64,000 nt of DNA, taken from assembly GCA_951406725.2 (NCBI GenBank), contig OX597821.1, positions 11,160,001 to 11,224,000 of the forward strand. The letters are read 5' to 3'. A program made the position numbers and the translations under genes. This DNA comes from Octopus vulgaris (Eukaryota). Below are positions 13,140 to 25,800 of the stretch, piece by piece. Below the pieces are notes generated by a model. That model made no database searches and was not told the DNA's origin. It was given only the letters and a program-made list of their open reading frames with translations. The first letter of the stretch is position 1. Each line of letters opens with the position of its first letter.

Positions 13140-13497
13140 AATTTGTATGTGTGAAAAAAGCGGTGGTTGCATGTGCTTAGTGCCTCATTATGTTAATTAG
13201 CAATGCTGGAGAGTTGTGCTTTCATATGGGAAGTGACTCCGTCAGGCAAAATTTGTAGGTTGAACGCTGACCTCGGTAGGGAAGCCCAGAGTCCAGTATG
13301 GACCCTGATAGAATATAGGGTATATTTTTATTTTCGAGATGTTGTATGTGGTTGGCGAGTGTTGTAGATTTACTATGTTTATCGTATCTAAAAGAATGGA
13401 GGTGAGTGGCATATCGTTGCTTAAAATTTTTGGTTCATCCTATGTATATGGTTCTGGAGTTGTGTAATAGATTAAGGACAGTGCATTAGTTAATTAC
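13140..13497 (-). pseudogene. Penelope-like element GIY-YIG endonuclease relic
   Basis: Manual minus-strand translation: VIN*CTV..TIYIG*TKNF/KQRYATHLHSFRYDKHSKSTTLANHIQHLENKNIPY.LS.SIL...LPY....CLTE...STCNHR. This fits the PLE GIY-YIG pattern (VIY..YIG.T..FK.RY..H..ST.LS.HI..CL.EK..CRH). Confidence 0.8.
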
Positions 13498-13693
13498 ATA
13501 TGTATTTGCATCCAATCATATGTGCGTGTATGTATTATGTGTGTATATGTGAATGTACGTATGCATACAAGGTATATATACCTGCCTGTACAGGGGCGAT
13601 AATACATGCAGATACACGTATATATGGGTGCGCATGTGTGCATGTGCATACGAGTAAGAGTTGTATATGTAGATATTGATATGTATAAACATC

Positions 13694-13734
<41 letters not shown>

Positions 13735-13869
13735 GTCTAATATATACATATGCATACATCTTCACATATATATTTTCTTCTACTACTAAGCCCTGACCTG
13801 TCCAACCACCCAAATTCATAAATTCTTCATTCCATACTACTTCCTCTGTCTCTGCCGCATCACTTAGAC

Positions 13870-14072
13870 CAGTGCTTTTCAAACTTTTTCCTGGAGCGGA
13901 ACCCCAAGTAAACATTCCACTGTGCAATAATTTAATAATCTTATGCACACATATCTGCACAGGAGAATTAAAAATTACTGCCGATTTTAGCAGTTTTGTA
14001 ACTTCTTGCGGAACCCCTGGACTGTACTGGCGGAACCCTAAGGTTCTGCGGAACCCTGGTTGATAACTACTG
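13870..14072. mobile_element. hAT (Charlie-like) MITE, 203 bp
   Basis: Imperfect TIRs cagtgcttttcaaac / ggttgataactactg. Perfect 8-bp TSD acttagac (13862-13869, 14073-14080). Four subterminal gcggaaccc repeats. Confidence 0.9.
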
Positions 14073-14659
14073 ACTTAGACTATCTCTGCACAATTGACAC
14101 TCCTTTATTTTTTATACCTCTCTCTATCACCCTTATCTCCCCATTCCTACCTTCAAAGTATCTCGACTGACCCCTAACTAGTACACTTTCCCTTACTATC
14201 TCTTCCTTGTTTTTCCTTTTTCTTTTGTCTTTCTTTTCTTTATTCCCTTCTTCTTGTTTTTCTTCTTTTTTATTTTTATTTTTGCTATTATTTTATTATG
14301 TTTCTTCTTATTTTCTTCTCTTTCTTTTCTCTTTTTCTCTTTTTCCTCTTTTTTATCTTTGTTCCTCTCTTCCTATTTTCGGCTTGATCTTAATACATTC
14401 CCTACTTTTAAGTCACTTTCAATAAAACCCTTGATTTAATAACACAGTGTATAATCTCTATACTTGGAATGACCAATTTTAAATACTATTGGACTTTACT
14501 CATAAGGTACCGGAATCTTATATATATACCATTCTGCCTAAAAATTGAATCTACATATACAATATCCCTGCATATCTCACATCTATTTTCATTCCTCCAC
14601 CTCACTCTCTATTTCGTATCTTATCTAAATTAACTACTGCTTAACCATCTTCTCATACC

Positions 14660-14707
14660 GTCTCTGATGAAGGGATATAATAAATATCCTAGAAACATCT
14701 GTAAGAC
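14660..14707 (+). ncRNA. Type I hammerhead ribozyme (minimal, Penelope-type)
   Basis: gtct-CTGATGA-a-gggatat-aataa-atatcct-a-GAAAc-atct-GTA-agac: stem I gtct/agac, 7-bp stem II, short near-palindromic stem III, GUA site. Confidence 0.72.
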
Positions 14708-14779
14708 CTATTTATAAAATTTACACAGCCTTGTTTTTTTTATCTCATTCCGAAAAAAAAATTTACATATGGATATATA

Positions 14780-14813
<34 letters not shown>

Positions 14814-15308
14814 CATACATACATGCATGCATGCATACATACAGACAGACAGACAGACAGACATGTATATACACACAAATATATATGCTTCGAGAACGTT
14901 ATCACATATAATGAAAGAAATTGTTTACATCTTATCAAAATATGCTACCGGTTCGGCTTCAATCGTTTAAAAACAGAACGTTGAGTCATGTTAAAATAAA
15001 CGGAAAATAATTTGAAATACAATATGTTAAAATAATCATCCCTGATATGAGTTCTAGCATCTGTTGTTTATGGTCGTGGAGTTTCGTTTCCAATCAACAT
15101 ATTTTGATAAACATTTAAATAATTTCTTTTGTTGTGATGTTGGAGGTAAACGCATGTTAAGAGGAAGGAGTAAGTGGAATGTTATGACACTCTCTTATGA
15201 TACTCAACTAGGATCCAGATTAACTATCAAATGGTGACGTATAATGACTAAAACAAGGGACTTAAAAGACTTCGAAAACAGTGTTTCACTTAAAACGTTT
15301 TTCCTCAC

Positions 15309-15721
15309 ACTCTTTTTTACTTTTTTACTTGTTTCAGTCATTTAACTGCGGCCATACTGGAGCAGCATCGCCTTTAGTCGAGCAAATCGACACCGGGACT
15401 TATTCTTTGTAAGCCCAGTACTTATTTTATCGGTCTCTTTTGTCGAACCGCTAAGTGACGGGGACGTAAACACACCAGCATTGGCTGTGAACCAATGCTA
15501 GGGGGACAAACACAGACACACAAACCAACACACACACACACAAATATATATATATATACGACAGGCTTCTTTCAGTTTCCGTCTACCAAATCCACTCACA
15601 AGGCATTGGTCAGCCCGGGGCTATAGCAGAAGACACTTGCCCAAGATGCCACGCAGTGGGACTGAACCCGGAACCATGTGGTTGGTTAGCAAGCTACTTA
15701 CCACACAGCCACTCCTGCGCC
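15309..15721 (-). mobile_element. SINE family A, full length
   Basis: High identity to 3380-3788 in reverse orientation. Confidence 0.92.
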
Positions 15722-17340
15722 TGCATACTTTCTCTTCGATCAATAACCTATTATGAGCATTTCCCCTTTTTGTCTCCACCCTTTTCAATCTACTCTGCTC
15801 CTTTAACTCACTACCCAATCCACATACACAAATAGTTTAACACTTTTACCGTTGACCCACCATCTGTAAACTAGAAAAAATTATATTTCTCACGTCTGTC
15901 AGTAATATATATTATCACATATTTTCTTAAACATATTTACATATTTTCCTCGCTCTTTCACGCTTAACCCATCATACCTATTCTGAGAACTACCCCAAAT
16001 CTAGTAGAAACAAATACGCTTTCTTTCTCAGGAAGGTGGCCAGACATAAAATCCCAGGATTTATTGTCTTTTTCGTGCAGCTATGTAAACCTATTGGAAC
16101 ACACACTGCTATTTTTTGCTAGTTTCCTTCGATGCTTATATTTTACTTCTAATTACAACACCAGCTCGTTATTGAAATATTAGAGCTGTCGTCTGAGATT
16201 TCGTCACTAGGAAACCTACAGCTTTTACAGCAGGTAATAATTCATTTGCACAATCAGAAACCGAAAGAACGAAGAAGAATGAAATTGAATCGTCTCCAAC
16301 GAAATTAGATTTATATCATACGATCGTACTAAGAGGCGAAGGACGGTAATAGAATTTGACACCACGGTGAGAAATTAATTAAACCAAACAGATGATGGTG
16401 GTTGGGACATCTCTTTAAGCTATAGAAACATCTGATAGAAAGTCGCCAACCGTGATTGCAGATTTGACAACTCTGGAGAACTGAATCGCAGACGTAGCCA
16501 GAATATGTGAACCACTCTAACGTACTGGCTTGGGTTTGGAATACTGCTTTGAATATCTGGTTATATATGTATGTGTGTGTGAATATATATATATGTGTGT
16601 GTGAGAGAGAGAGAGTGTGTGGGTGAGTATACGCGCGCGTGTGTGTAGGCATATATATATACATATATGTACACACAGACTCACATGTATATGCATCAAC
16701 ACTAAGAGAAAAACGGAAAGAAATGGCTCAGGGGTTAATGTGTTCGATTTCAAATAAAGAAATTTCAGGCTCGATTTCACACCATGGTATTTTGGGCATC
16801 CAATGAAATTGAAATGTCGGAATGATATAAGTGATATAAGTGCTATTTCCGTATGCTCGTATGCTGCTCAAAAACAATTAGTGCATACATGGCTATGTGG
16901 TACAGAAGTTCGTTTCATCCCCTTGCGGTCCTCATCTCAATGTTTTTAAACGGCTTTTTGACCAATTGTCCTGTGCTAAAGCAGTGGACCAACCAAAGTC
17001 TTGTGATCGGATTCAGTTGACAGAAATAGAAGAAATATGTGTACATATGCAATTACATATATATATATATATATATATATATTGCAAGAGAGAGAGAAAG
17101 AAGGAGAGAGATAGACAGATATAGATATATGCATACATGTGTATATCTGTATGTATAAATCTATATTTGCCTTGACACACGTACACACACTCGGTGGTTA
17201 CATCTTCTCCAACTAGCAGAAATGTTGATGTTAAGAAAGCCTTGATGACTCTTTTTATCTTTCCCTCTTCTCTCATTAATCAGTAAGTTATGAGATATAC
17301 TTTTATAAACACGTATATAGATATGTACACGTATATAATT

Positions 17341-17411
<71 letters not shown>

Positions 17412-17689
17412 ACAAGGTAGTCAAAATGTTGGATGATTATGCATATTTTATTTTTTTTTATTTACATTTTCAGCGCTTTCTTCCGTTATCGGATGTATCA
17501 AAAAATAAAAATAATATTTGATAAATCCGATAACGGAAGAAAACGCTAAAATATCTGTACATCAATTCAAAAACTGTACACACACACATTTCTAATGTAT
17601 CTGTATGTGTGTGTGTGTGTATGTCTGTGTATGTGTGTGCATTTGTATATATATGTATGTATATATACAGGTCTCAAGTTACATTTTCA

Positions 17690-18740
17690 GGTACAAGATC
17701 TGAAAATTGCTTCGGTAAAAGAAAAAGTTCCAGTAAAATATTTGATGTCAAAAACGTGAGGGAAACGCCTGAAATCGACTTTGAGTCGAAATATTATTTT
17801 TAAAAAGAAATCTATGTTTCGTTTTAGCTTATATGATAAATCTCGGAGAGAGGAATATATTGATATTACTTATTTGCAAAAATATTCAGTAGGAAAAAGT
17901 AAAGATAAAAACCGTCGAAAAAATAAAAAGGAGATCAACGCTTGAAATCGAATGTTACTCCAAATATTATTCTTATTTCAAAAGAAAACCATGTTTATAT
18001 TTAACTAAAGAAATTCTACTAAAGAAATCCGATGATGCCAATTAATTAAAAAAAAAATTTAATGAAACACTAGTGGAGCCAAATGCGCAGAAAAATGTGT
18101 TAACACCTAAAATCAAGTACAAAGCCCTCATATTCTCTTTTTTTTATCTCATATGATAGAACCCTTCAAAATGAGTGCCGTGGCGCTAATCCCATCAAAA
18201 GATATCATTTATACACGGGAGTGTATGAAATAGTATTCTTTAGGTCAGCATGTACTCACGCTTGACCTCTTCCAAAGTAGATGACGCTTACATTTTTATA
18301 TAAGTCACATCAAAAGCTAGATTTGAGGATTGGATCAGCAGAAAAAAGTTTGAGTCAAATATGTGAGTTTACAAACGGGAGAATAACGTCTAAAATCAAC
18401 TTTGAGTCCATTTTTTTCCTAAATAAATCTATATTTTATTTTACCTTATATTATAGTACTCGACGACAAGAATCTATCCATGTAAGTTTTAAGCAAATAT
18501 ATTTAGTAAGAAAGAAGTACTGAGGTAAAAACCAGCGAAAAAATAAGGAGATTAGTGCCTGAAACCGATTTTGACTCTAAATATTATTCTTTCGAAAGAA
18601 AACTATATTTAAATTTAACTTTTCTGATAGATCCCGACTACAGGAAACCCATGATGGTAATTATATATAAAAAAAATTTAAATAAAAATATACTGGGGTC
18701 AAATGTGCCGAAATACCTAAAAGCAAATTCAAAATCTAAA
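17690..18740. repeat. Diverged ~620-bp tandem duplication with ~175-bp subunits (probable decayed non-autonomous DNA transposon)
   Basis: A motif resembling gaaatcgactttgagtc..aatatt recurs at ~17770, 17945, 18390 and 18560. Blocks 17695-18095 and 18317-18720 align. Confidence 0.6.
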
Positions 18741-18987
18741 CATTTTGTTTTTTTGTATATATTTTCGCCAAGCCAAGGTCGTCTTTTCAGTACTCGATAA
18801 AATGCGTATCAGCTTAGCACTGAGGTCGATTTAATCAACTTACTTCCCATTTGGATTGATGGCCTTCTCCCAAAATTGGAAATCAATGTTGCCAAATGTT
18901 TGATTCAATTCAGTATTTAAGTTATCTTGCAAATATCTACCTCATATCCATAGAATACACTATATTTGTAATAATTATATATTGTAA

Positions 18988-19175
18988 GGCGGTGAGCTGG
19001 CAGAAACATTAACATGGCGGGCGAAATGTTTAGCAGTATTTCGCCTGTCTTTACGTTCTGAGTTCAAATTCCGTCGAGGTTGACTTTGCATTTCATCCTT
19101 ACACGGTCGATAAAATAAGTACCAATTGCGTACTGGGGTCGATCTAATTTCGGCCCTTGTGCCTAGAGTAGAAAA
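18988..19175 (+). mobile_element. SINE family B with 19-bp TSD
   Basis: ggcggtgagctggcagaaac...gagttcaaattcc...tttcatcctt. TSD taataattatatattgtaa at 18969-18987 and 19176-19194. Confidence 0.88.
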
Positions 19176-19739
19176 TAATAATTATATATTGTAATAAATA
19201 ACATTCACACAGGTTAGTGTGTGAATAATATTCTTAAGATCAACATTTACTAATTCAGTGTTTTACCAAATTTGATGATGTTTATAGATTTAGATTGGTC
19301 ATCACCTAAGCTACATTTTGATTCGGTAGAAAAGAGTTGAGATTTCAAATATGCGAGATCAAAAATGGGTGAATAACACATGAAAACCACTTCGGAGACA
19401 TATGCAGCGACGCTGCATAATACTTTCTTAAACACACACACACACATACACACAAACAAACACACGCACGCACGCACACATTCACATACACATAAGTAAC
19501 TTTTAAAACGTACATGAAATGAAACAAAGGTGAATGCGACGAATATATAGCTTTTAGGAGAGTGGGGGGGGTAAGTTGCCAACAATTGATGACATGTGGA
19601 CTCTTTTCTGCTGTTCATCGTAAATAAACATACACACATAAATACAAGCATACATACATGCAGGGCATGCATGCATACATACATACATACATGCATACAT
19701 AAGTTAGTAGAAAGATCCGTGATGATAGTAACATCGATC

Positions 19740-20025
19740 ATCAAAGCAGTTTATCGTAAACGAATAGCCGGATTACTACCTCACACTTTGAAGGGTATAC
19801 GTTTGCAATCCAGGAACAGGAATTCTCAACCTAGTACCTGATGGACAAAAGGGATACAGATGCGGAGAAGGCCGTAAAATGTGACAACCGATGCAAAATA
19901 TGTGGATTTCACTCTGAAGATATCACCTACGTCATAAGCAGTTGTCCGAAAATGTCATCACTGTATTATCTACTGATAGGCATGACGTTGTAGCTAGGAC
20001 ACTATATAATCAAATCCTCGAATAA
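19740..20025 (+). pseudogene. R4/Dong-like RLE LINE fragment (zinc knuckle region)
   Basis: Translates as TSHFEGYTFAIQEQE..CDNRCKICGFHSEDITYVISSCPKM../RHDVVARTLYN (CCHC-type knuckle plus RHD). Confidence 0.75.
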
Positions 20026-21585
20026 AATATTTTAAGTGATTGGAGAGGGCAGTCGATTAGATCGCCCCCAATACGTAACCGGTACTTAATTTATCGACCC
20101 TAAAAATATAAAAGTAAAAGTCGATCTCGACGGAATTTTAATATTTTTATTTTACATACTTTTTAGTTTCCTTTAAAGTTGATGAATTAGGCAAATGCGT
20201 ATATGTATATATGAGTATACGTGTGACGATATATGTGTATACGTGTGTGTATCTATTTGTCTATGCGTGTATATGTGTGGGTGTCTGGGTACACACGCGC
20301 ATGTGCTCTTCTGTCTCAGTACGCGTGGTTTTTTTTTTACGTGTCTGCGGGTGGCGTGTTCGTGCGGGCGTATAAAAATATATATTTCCACAAATACATC
20401 GAACTACTTTCTAGACATATACTTTTTTTATCCATCTGTATTGACTTTTCTCATTGGTGATGCCGTTCTTTATATATACACAAATGTAATTACTTCCCAA
20501 ATAAATTGCACTTGCTATTCGAAGCTCCGATGACGCTTTAAGCTGTTATTCAGGCATTCCACTATGTGCCCGGTGCATCTCATGCCAGAAACGGCTGCAA
20601 TGAAGCTGTCATATCTCTTTCTGCAATGTGTGTTATATGATACCTAACGTTACATAACTAGTGTTGTGATTGAAAAGAACCTGAATTATGATGTATAAGC
20701 AAGTGTTTGCTCTCTTTGAATGGTGAAGTTTGATACACAGAATTGATCCCATTCTCAGAACCATCATTTGTGGAGAAAGTAAAACAGCCTTGCCAGAAGT
20801 CAAAATCTGATTTACTATGCAATTTCCTATCAACGTAATTATGAACATTTACGAAATATTGCTGCATTGTTTTAGGTGGAGTTTTCCTACAGGAAAAAAT
20901 TCCATTTTAGGTTCGATAAATTTATTTATTAATATTACTTGCAAGACGTCACAATCTCTGAATCTCTCTCTGCCTCCCACCTCTCTCTCTCTCTTACTCT
21001 GGCTGGACACAATGATTGAATGCTAATTGTTCTCTTAGTTTTTGTAACTAATTTGAATACTGCTTGTCATATAACAATTATTGTTAAGAAATATTTTCGT
21101 TCTATTTTTACTTCTATAATCAATTGATATGTAAACAACATTACAGTTGTTGCTAACATATATGTTGTGGATATAGAAATGACTCTTTGTTTTATTCCAT
21201 TTAGTTTTGATTAAATAAACAATTCTGTCTTTTACCCTTATGATTTGTTCTATTTTCTGCAGTATTTTTTCACCTTGAGCTTTGAGATGAATTCTATTAC
21301 TATGATGAACCAACATAATATCTTTGATATTCGCCACAGAAGCAAAAGTATATTCCCTGCATTTATTCTCATAAGACGTGAGACACACTAGAATTTAGAT
21401 ATTTTCCGAACTAGAGTTAAAATTAAGAACGACTTTTGTGTCTATTAGAAGCAAATAAGGAAAATTCTTTGATTGGTGAACCGAGTAAAATAACAGCCAA
21501 ATTTCCTCCAAACGGTAGCTTACGATAGAAAACTGAATAAGTATTATATCACATGGTGAAAGTACCCTGACCTATTGAACTGGTC

Positions 21586-23428
21586 GTTGAGAGTTAAAGT
21601 GCGGCTAAACTCCCAATTTTACTCATTTTGTCTTTGATGATACGCATAATTATTTTTTAGTGTCCTTTTTTTGTCTGGCGGCAGATGAAATTCGTTGGAG
21701 CAAATCTGTGACAAGGGCACTCTAATCCTGAGCTCTTCGCATTTTTCTTATGTGAGAAACTTACATATTTCAACGCGCCCTTTCAGTTTGAAGATTTAAA
21801 GAGATTTGAGGTAAATTTAGTAATTATTTTAGCAAGTGGAATAACGCCGTAGAGGTCAATTGCATATGCATTGTTGCTTGTGCTATTATTGCTAAATCTT
21901 GGTTTATTTAAAATTAAGATTTATTATAAAATTCGTTTAACCTCTTACTATTCCTCTTTAAATTTTAGCTATAAGCATCGGCACCATAATATTATACACC
22001 TTTCCATTTTTTAAGACCGTAGGATGCGATTGAAATGATTCAATTGCTGCTTCTAGCGAGCAGATCATCTAACGTGGTAATCTCGAAGATGACTATGATA
22101 TGGCTGTAGCGCTGATAAAGGTGTTGATGGTGATAAGATCCATGTTCAATGAGAGTAGTCAAATTACTCGAAGTAAAAGAAGTAAAGGTGTGCTGTTATA
22201 ACTTATCAGTGGAAATTATCTCTTTGTCTAGAGACTAAAACAAAACTATCAAAGTCACAATCTGAACACTCCAATCAGAACCTTGTAGAGACAATGTTCA
22301 AAAGTAATTAATCATTGCTTTTTTCCTAATTAACCTAAAACTTCTTAATGAACCAATATCATTAAAATTGGAGTAATTATCAGCAATATCGTTGCAAGTG
22401 GTTCTAGTTATAAAATTGTGACCATGTTGGGGAACTACCTGCAAAGGTTATTCTTAGTGGATCAAATCGATATAAATTTCATTCTGCAACTGTTTTTATT
22501 TCTTTTGTCTATGTCTACTTATCGGATAATTCTGAACATTTTTGACGTAAGAGACATAACAAAATTTTACATTAATGCATTTAAATACATCGTCACTTAA
22601 ACATGAATCTGAATATAAACCAAAACCAGGTTTTAAAAGCTGACATCGAATTTTCTCTTTTAGACGCAAGATTATCAATGTGTTTCCGGGATTTCTGGAG
22701 TCATAAAGCTGGTGATATTGCAAAATTTTGAGAAGTAGATAATGTTATCAGAGATATGATATTGCTGCCAGACATAGCAATCAAATCACATCCGCCCATT
22801 TTAAAACAGAGAAGAATATATTAGTTATTGTAACCCTAAAATGATAGGATGTTTAGGCCCCATAATAATTTATCTAGAGCGAATCAAAAATTATTCCTTA
22901 TTGTTTTAGAAAGGAGAATATAAAAGTAACAATGGCACATATTTTAGAAATGTCAATCTCTTAAACAGAATATAGGAATGGGAACATATAATTTTAGAAA
23001 ATGGAAGGGCATATAATATCATAGTACCGCTGCTTATAGTTAAAATTTAAAATGGTGTGGTTACAGGTTAAACGAATTTTAAAATAAATCACAATTATAA
23101 CTTAACCAAGTCTTAGCAATAATAGCACAACTAACAATGCATATGCAATTGGCATTATTCCACTTGCTAAAATAATGACTAAATATACCTCAAATCTCTT
23201 TAAATCTTCAAACTAGTAGGGCGCGTTAAAAGGTGTAAGTTTCTCATATAGGAAAAAGGTGAAGTGCTCAGGAGTAGGGTTCTCTTGTCGCAGGTTTGCT
23301 CCAACGAATGTCATACGCCGCCAGACAACAAAAAGGACACCAATAAATAATTCTGCATATCATTAAAGACGAAACGTACAAGAACAAAAGTGTAGAATTG
23401 GGAGTTTAGCCGCACTTAAACTCTCAAC
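21586..23428. repeat. Long inverted repeat: arms ~21586-22014 and ~22994-23428, ~980-bp spacer
   Basis: gttgagagttaaagtgcggctaaactcccaatt versus aattgggagtttagccgcacttaaactctcaac, with colinear matches through ~430 bp at roughly 80% identity by eye. Confidence 0.88.
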
Positions 23429-23464
23429 TTAAACTTTTTTGTAGTCATGATACAAATAGCGCAT

Positions 23465-23491
23465 TAGACCCTTGTGGGTAATAAAGAAACA
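23465..23491 (+). mobile_element. 27-bp 3' tail of SINE family B with 16-bp TSD
   Basis: tagacccttgtgggtaataaagaaaca matches the tail of the 2348 copy. It is flanked by gatacaaatagcgcat at 23449-23464 and 23492-23507. Confidence 0.8.
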
Positions 23492-25593
23492 GATACAAAT
23501 AGCGCATACTTGTTTGAATGTTTATGGATTTATTTATTTATTTTCTGCTACCCGTAAATATCTCAGTGGAGATATTATGAATTACTGAAGGCATAAATCA
23601 AACGTTGAATTTGAATTAGGGAAATATGGCCAGCAGAATACAATGACCGCATAGGAAATCTTCAAGTGTAATTATTCTGAAAATGATTTAAACATGATTA
23701 TCTTAGTTAAACATTTGCCGAATATACACAGGGATAGTTACAGATGCTGAAAATATGAGGCGGGAATTAAAGACAGGATTCACCACAACGTGGTCCTTGG
23801 ACTGTGAAAAGTATTAGTGAAATTTCATTCAAGTATCACCCTAACGTTATTTAAAAAAATAATGAAATACAGTGCAAAAGAAAAGTCACTACGTGACCTT
23901 TCTAGTTTCCTAAAAAGACCACACGTCTTCATACTACAAGTTGTCATCCCAAATCGAAGGACCAGTCTGGTGAAAGGTGAAGCCTCTACGTAGTCCTTCA
24001 ACCAAGTAGATATGGTTGTTTATATATCACCCACTTCATGCAAATAAAAATGGAACATACATCGTGCTAAAACATTTAAAAAACAACGAGACATAAGGCC
24101 AGGGTAAACTTGGTCATAGCTTAATCGTAAGTCAGTTTTTGATAGAATAACTTGAAGCTTAAAATCGGCAACAACGAATAGATATGCATTGTATATTGTG
24201 GTATTAGATATATTATGGCTTGATAAATACAATATCTCAGAACTGCAATACCTTTGGTGATGTTGCTTCAGCTATATCTGACTTCTTTCGAAACAATATT
24301 GATAAAGGAGGATATGTTGGATAAGGTATGCTTAGACACACTAGACCTGAAAAGAAATATAGATTATTCACGGCGGCAATAATTTGAATACAGGTATGTT
24401 CAGTCAAGAATGACCAGGAGCCAAACAACAAGAGTAGCTTACAAGGCGTTTCGAGATTGTAAATTTGGTAATTCTACAAGCATCTGTGTTATTATATATT
24501 GATCAGGGAAAAGACTGAGGTGTGTTGATTTTCAAAGCGGTCGATATAACAAAATCAAAACAAATTATGAATGATAAATGCGAGATATTTACAAGAGTAT
24601 ATTAGAAACCATGTACTGGAATTATATAACACAGCTATAACTCAAGTACTCAAGTACTCTCGTAGCAGCTGGTATAAGAAATTATGTTAGTATCGAATGT
24701 GAAGTCCGAAGTTAACGCCAAAGTGAAATATCAGTTACATCTTAGATCTGACATTACACATATTTAAATTGAAATTATTATATTGTTCAAGCGACAGCGT
24801 AAGGAATTACACACATGCGTATTGTTGTATTGACTTTTGTTTATTTATTTTTATAGTATTCTATACTATAAAAATGAAAGAGTTTATGCAATAAGCACTG
24901 TCCATCAATTGCCCATCATTATTGGTTTTGCTTTGATTAAGTTTTATTTTCATTTCGTTCTTCATTTATCAAATATATTTGCACACAAGTATTTATTTTA
25001 GCAAATAAATGGACAGAAGGTTGGTAGAATCGATAGAGAAAACGAACAAAATTCCTTGTCGCGTTTAGTGCATTACTTTTACGTTCCAGGTTCAATCACA
25101 CATAGATTAATGATCTTTTTGGTCCTATTGGTTTCGCTAAAATAAATACTAGCTAAGTATTGACAACGACTTAAACGACATTACTTTTTTTAAACATTCA
25201 ATAAGGAGATTTAAAATATCAAAATACTCTGGAGATTCTTTTTTAGGTTTTCTTTTAATATCACAATATATATTTTATTTATCAGGACATTTGACCGACA
25301 GATAATATCACAACTGTAAAAAAAAACAAGGAAATATGATTTCTTTGTGTCGATCAGAAGGCCAATCGCAACCCACCCCTTGCCGGGTGTTTCCGGCAGA
25401 TGGAGGCCTTCAAAATACAATTTCTGCGGAAAAGTGATTCTACTGTAACTTATACACGGAGATATTTTTGCTATATAAGAGAGCACCTACTGGTCAAGCA
25501 GCGATTCATGATGAATAAATATTTTGGGTGATCTAAAAACAATTAGGCGCTATGCTACTGTTAGAAATTAATATTACCAAACAATATCCAATA

Positions 25594-25800
25594 AGGCGAC
25601 AAAGTAACAAAATCATTATCGCGTCAGAGAAAATGCTTAGCAGCATTTCTGCCAGTTCTATACGTTGAGCTCAAATTTCGACTGTAGCCACCATCATTTC
25701 GGAGTCGATAAAATAAATACTAGCCGAGTACTGAAACCGATTTAAATGATTTATTCATTTCCATAAAATTGCTGCCTTTGTGCCAAAATTTGAAACCATT
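25594..25800 (+). mobile_element. Diverged SINE family B
   Basis: aaggcgac...gaaaatgcttagcagcatttc...ggagtcgataaaataaatactag...gtgccaaaatttgaaacc. Confidence 0.6.

Noticed and set aside
16329-16560. Possible minus-strand terminal exon after cag|atattc
   Set aside because: Weak acceptor context and no recognisable protein in any frame.
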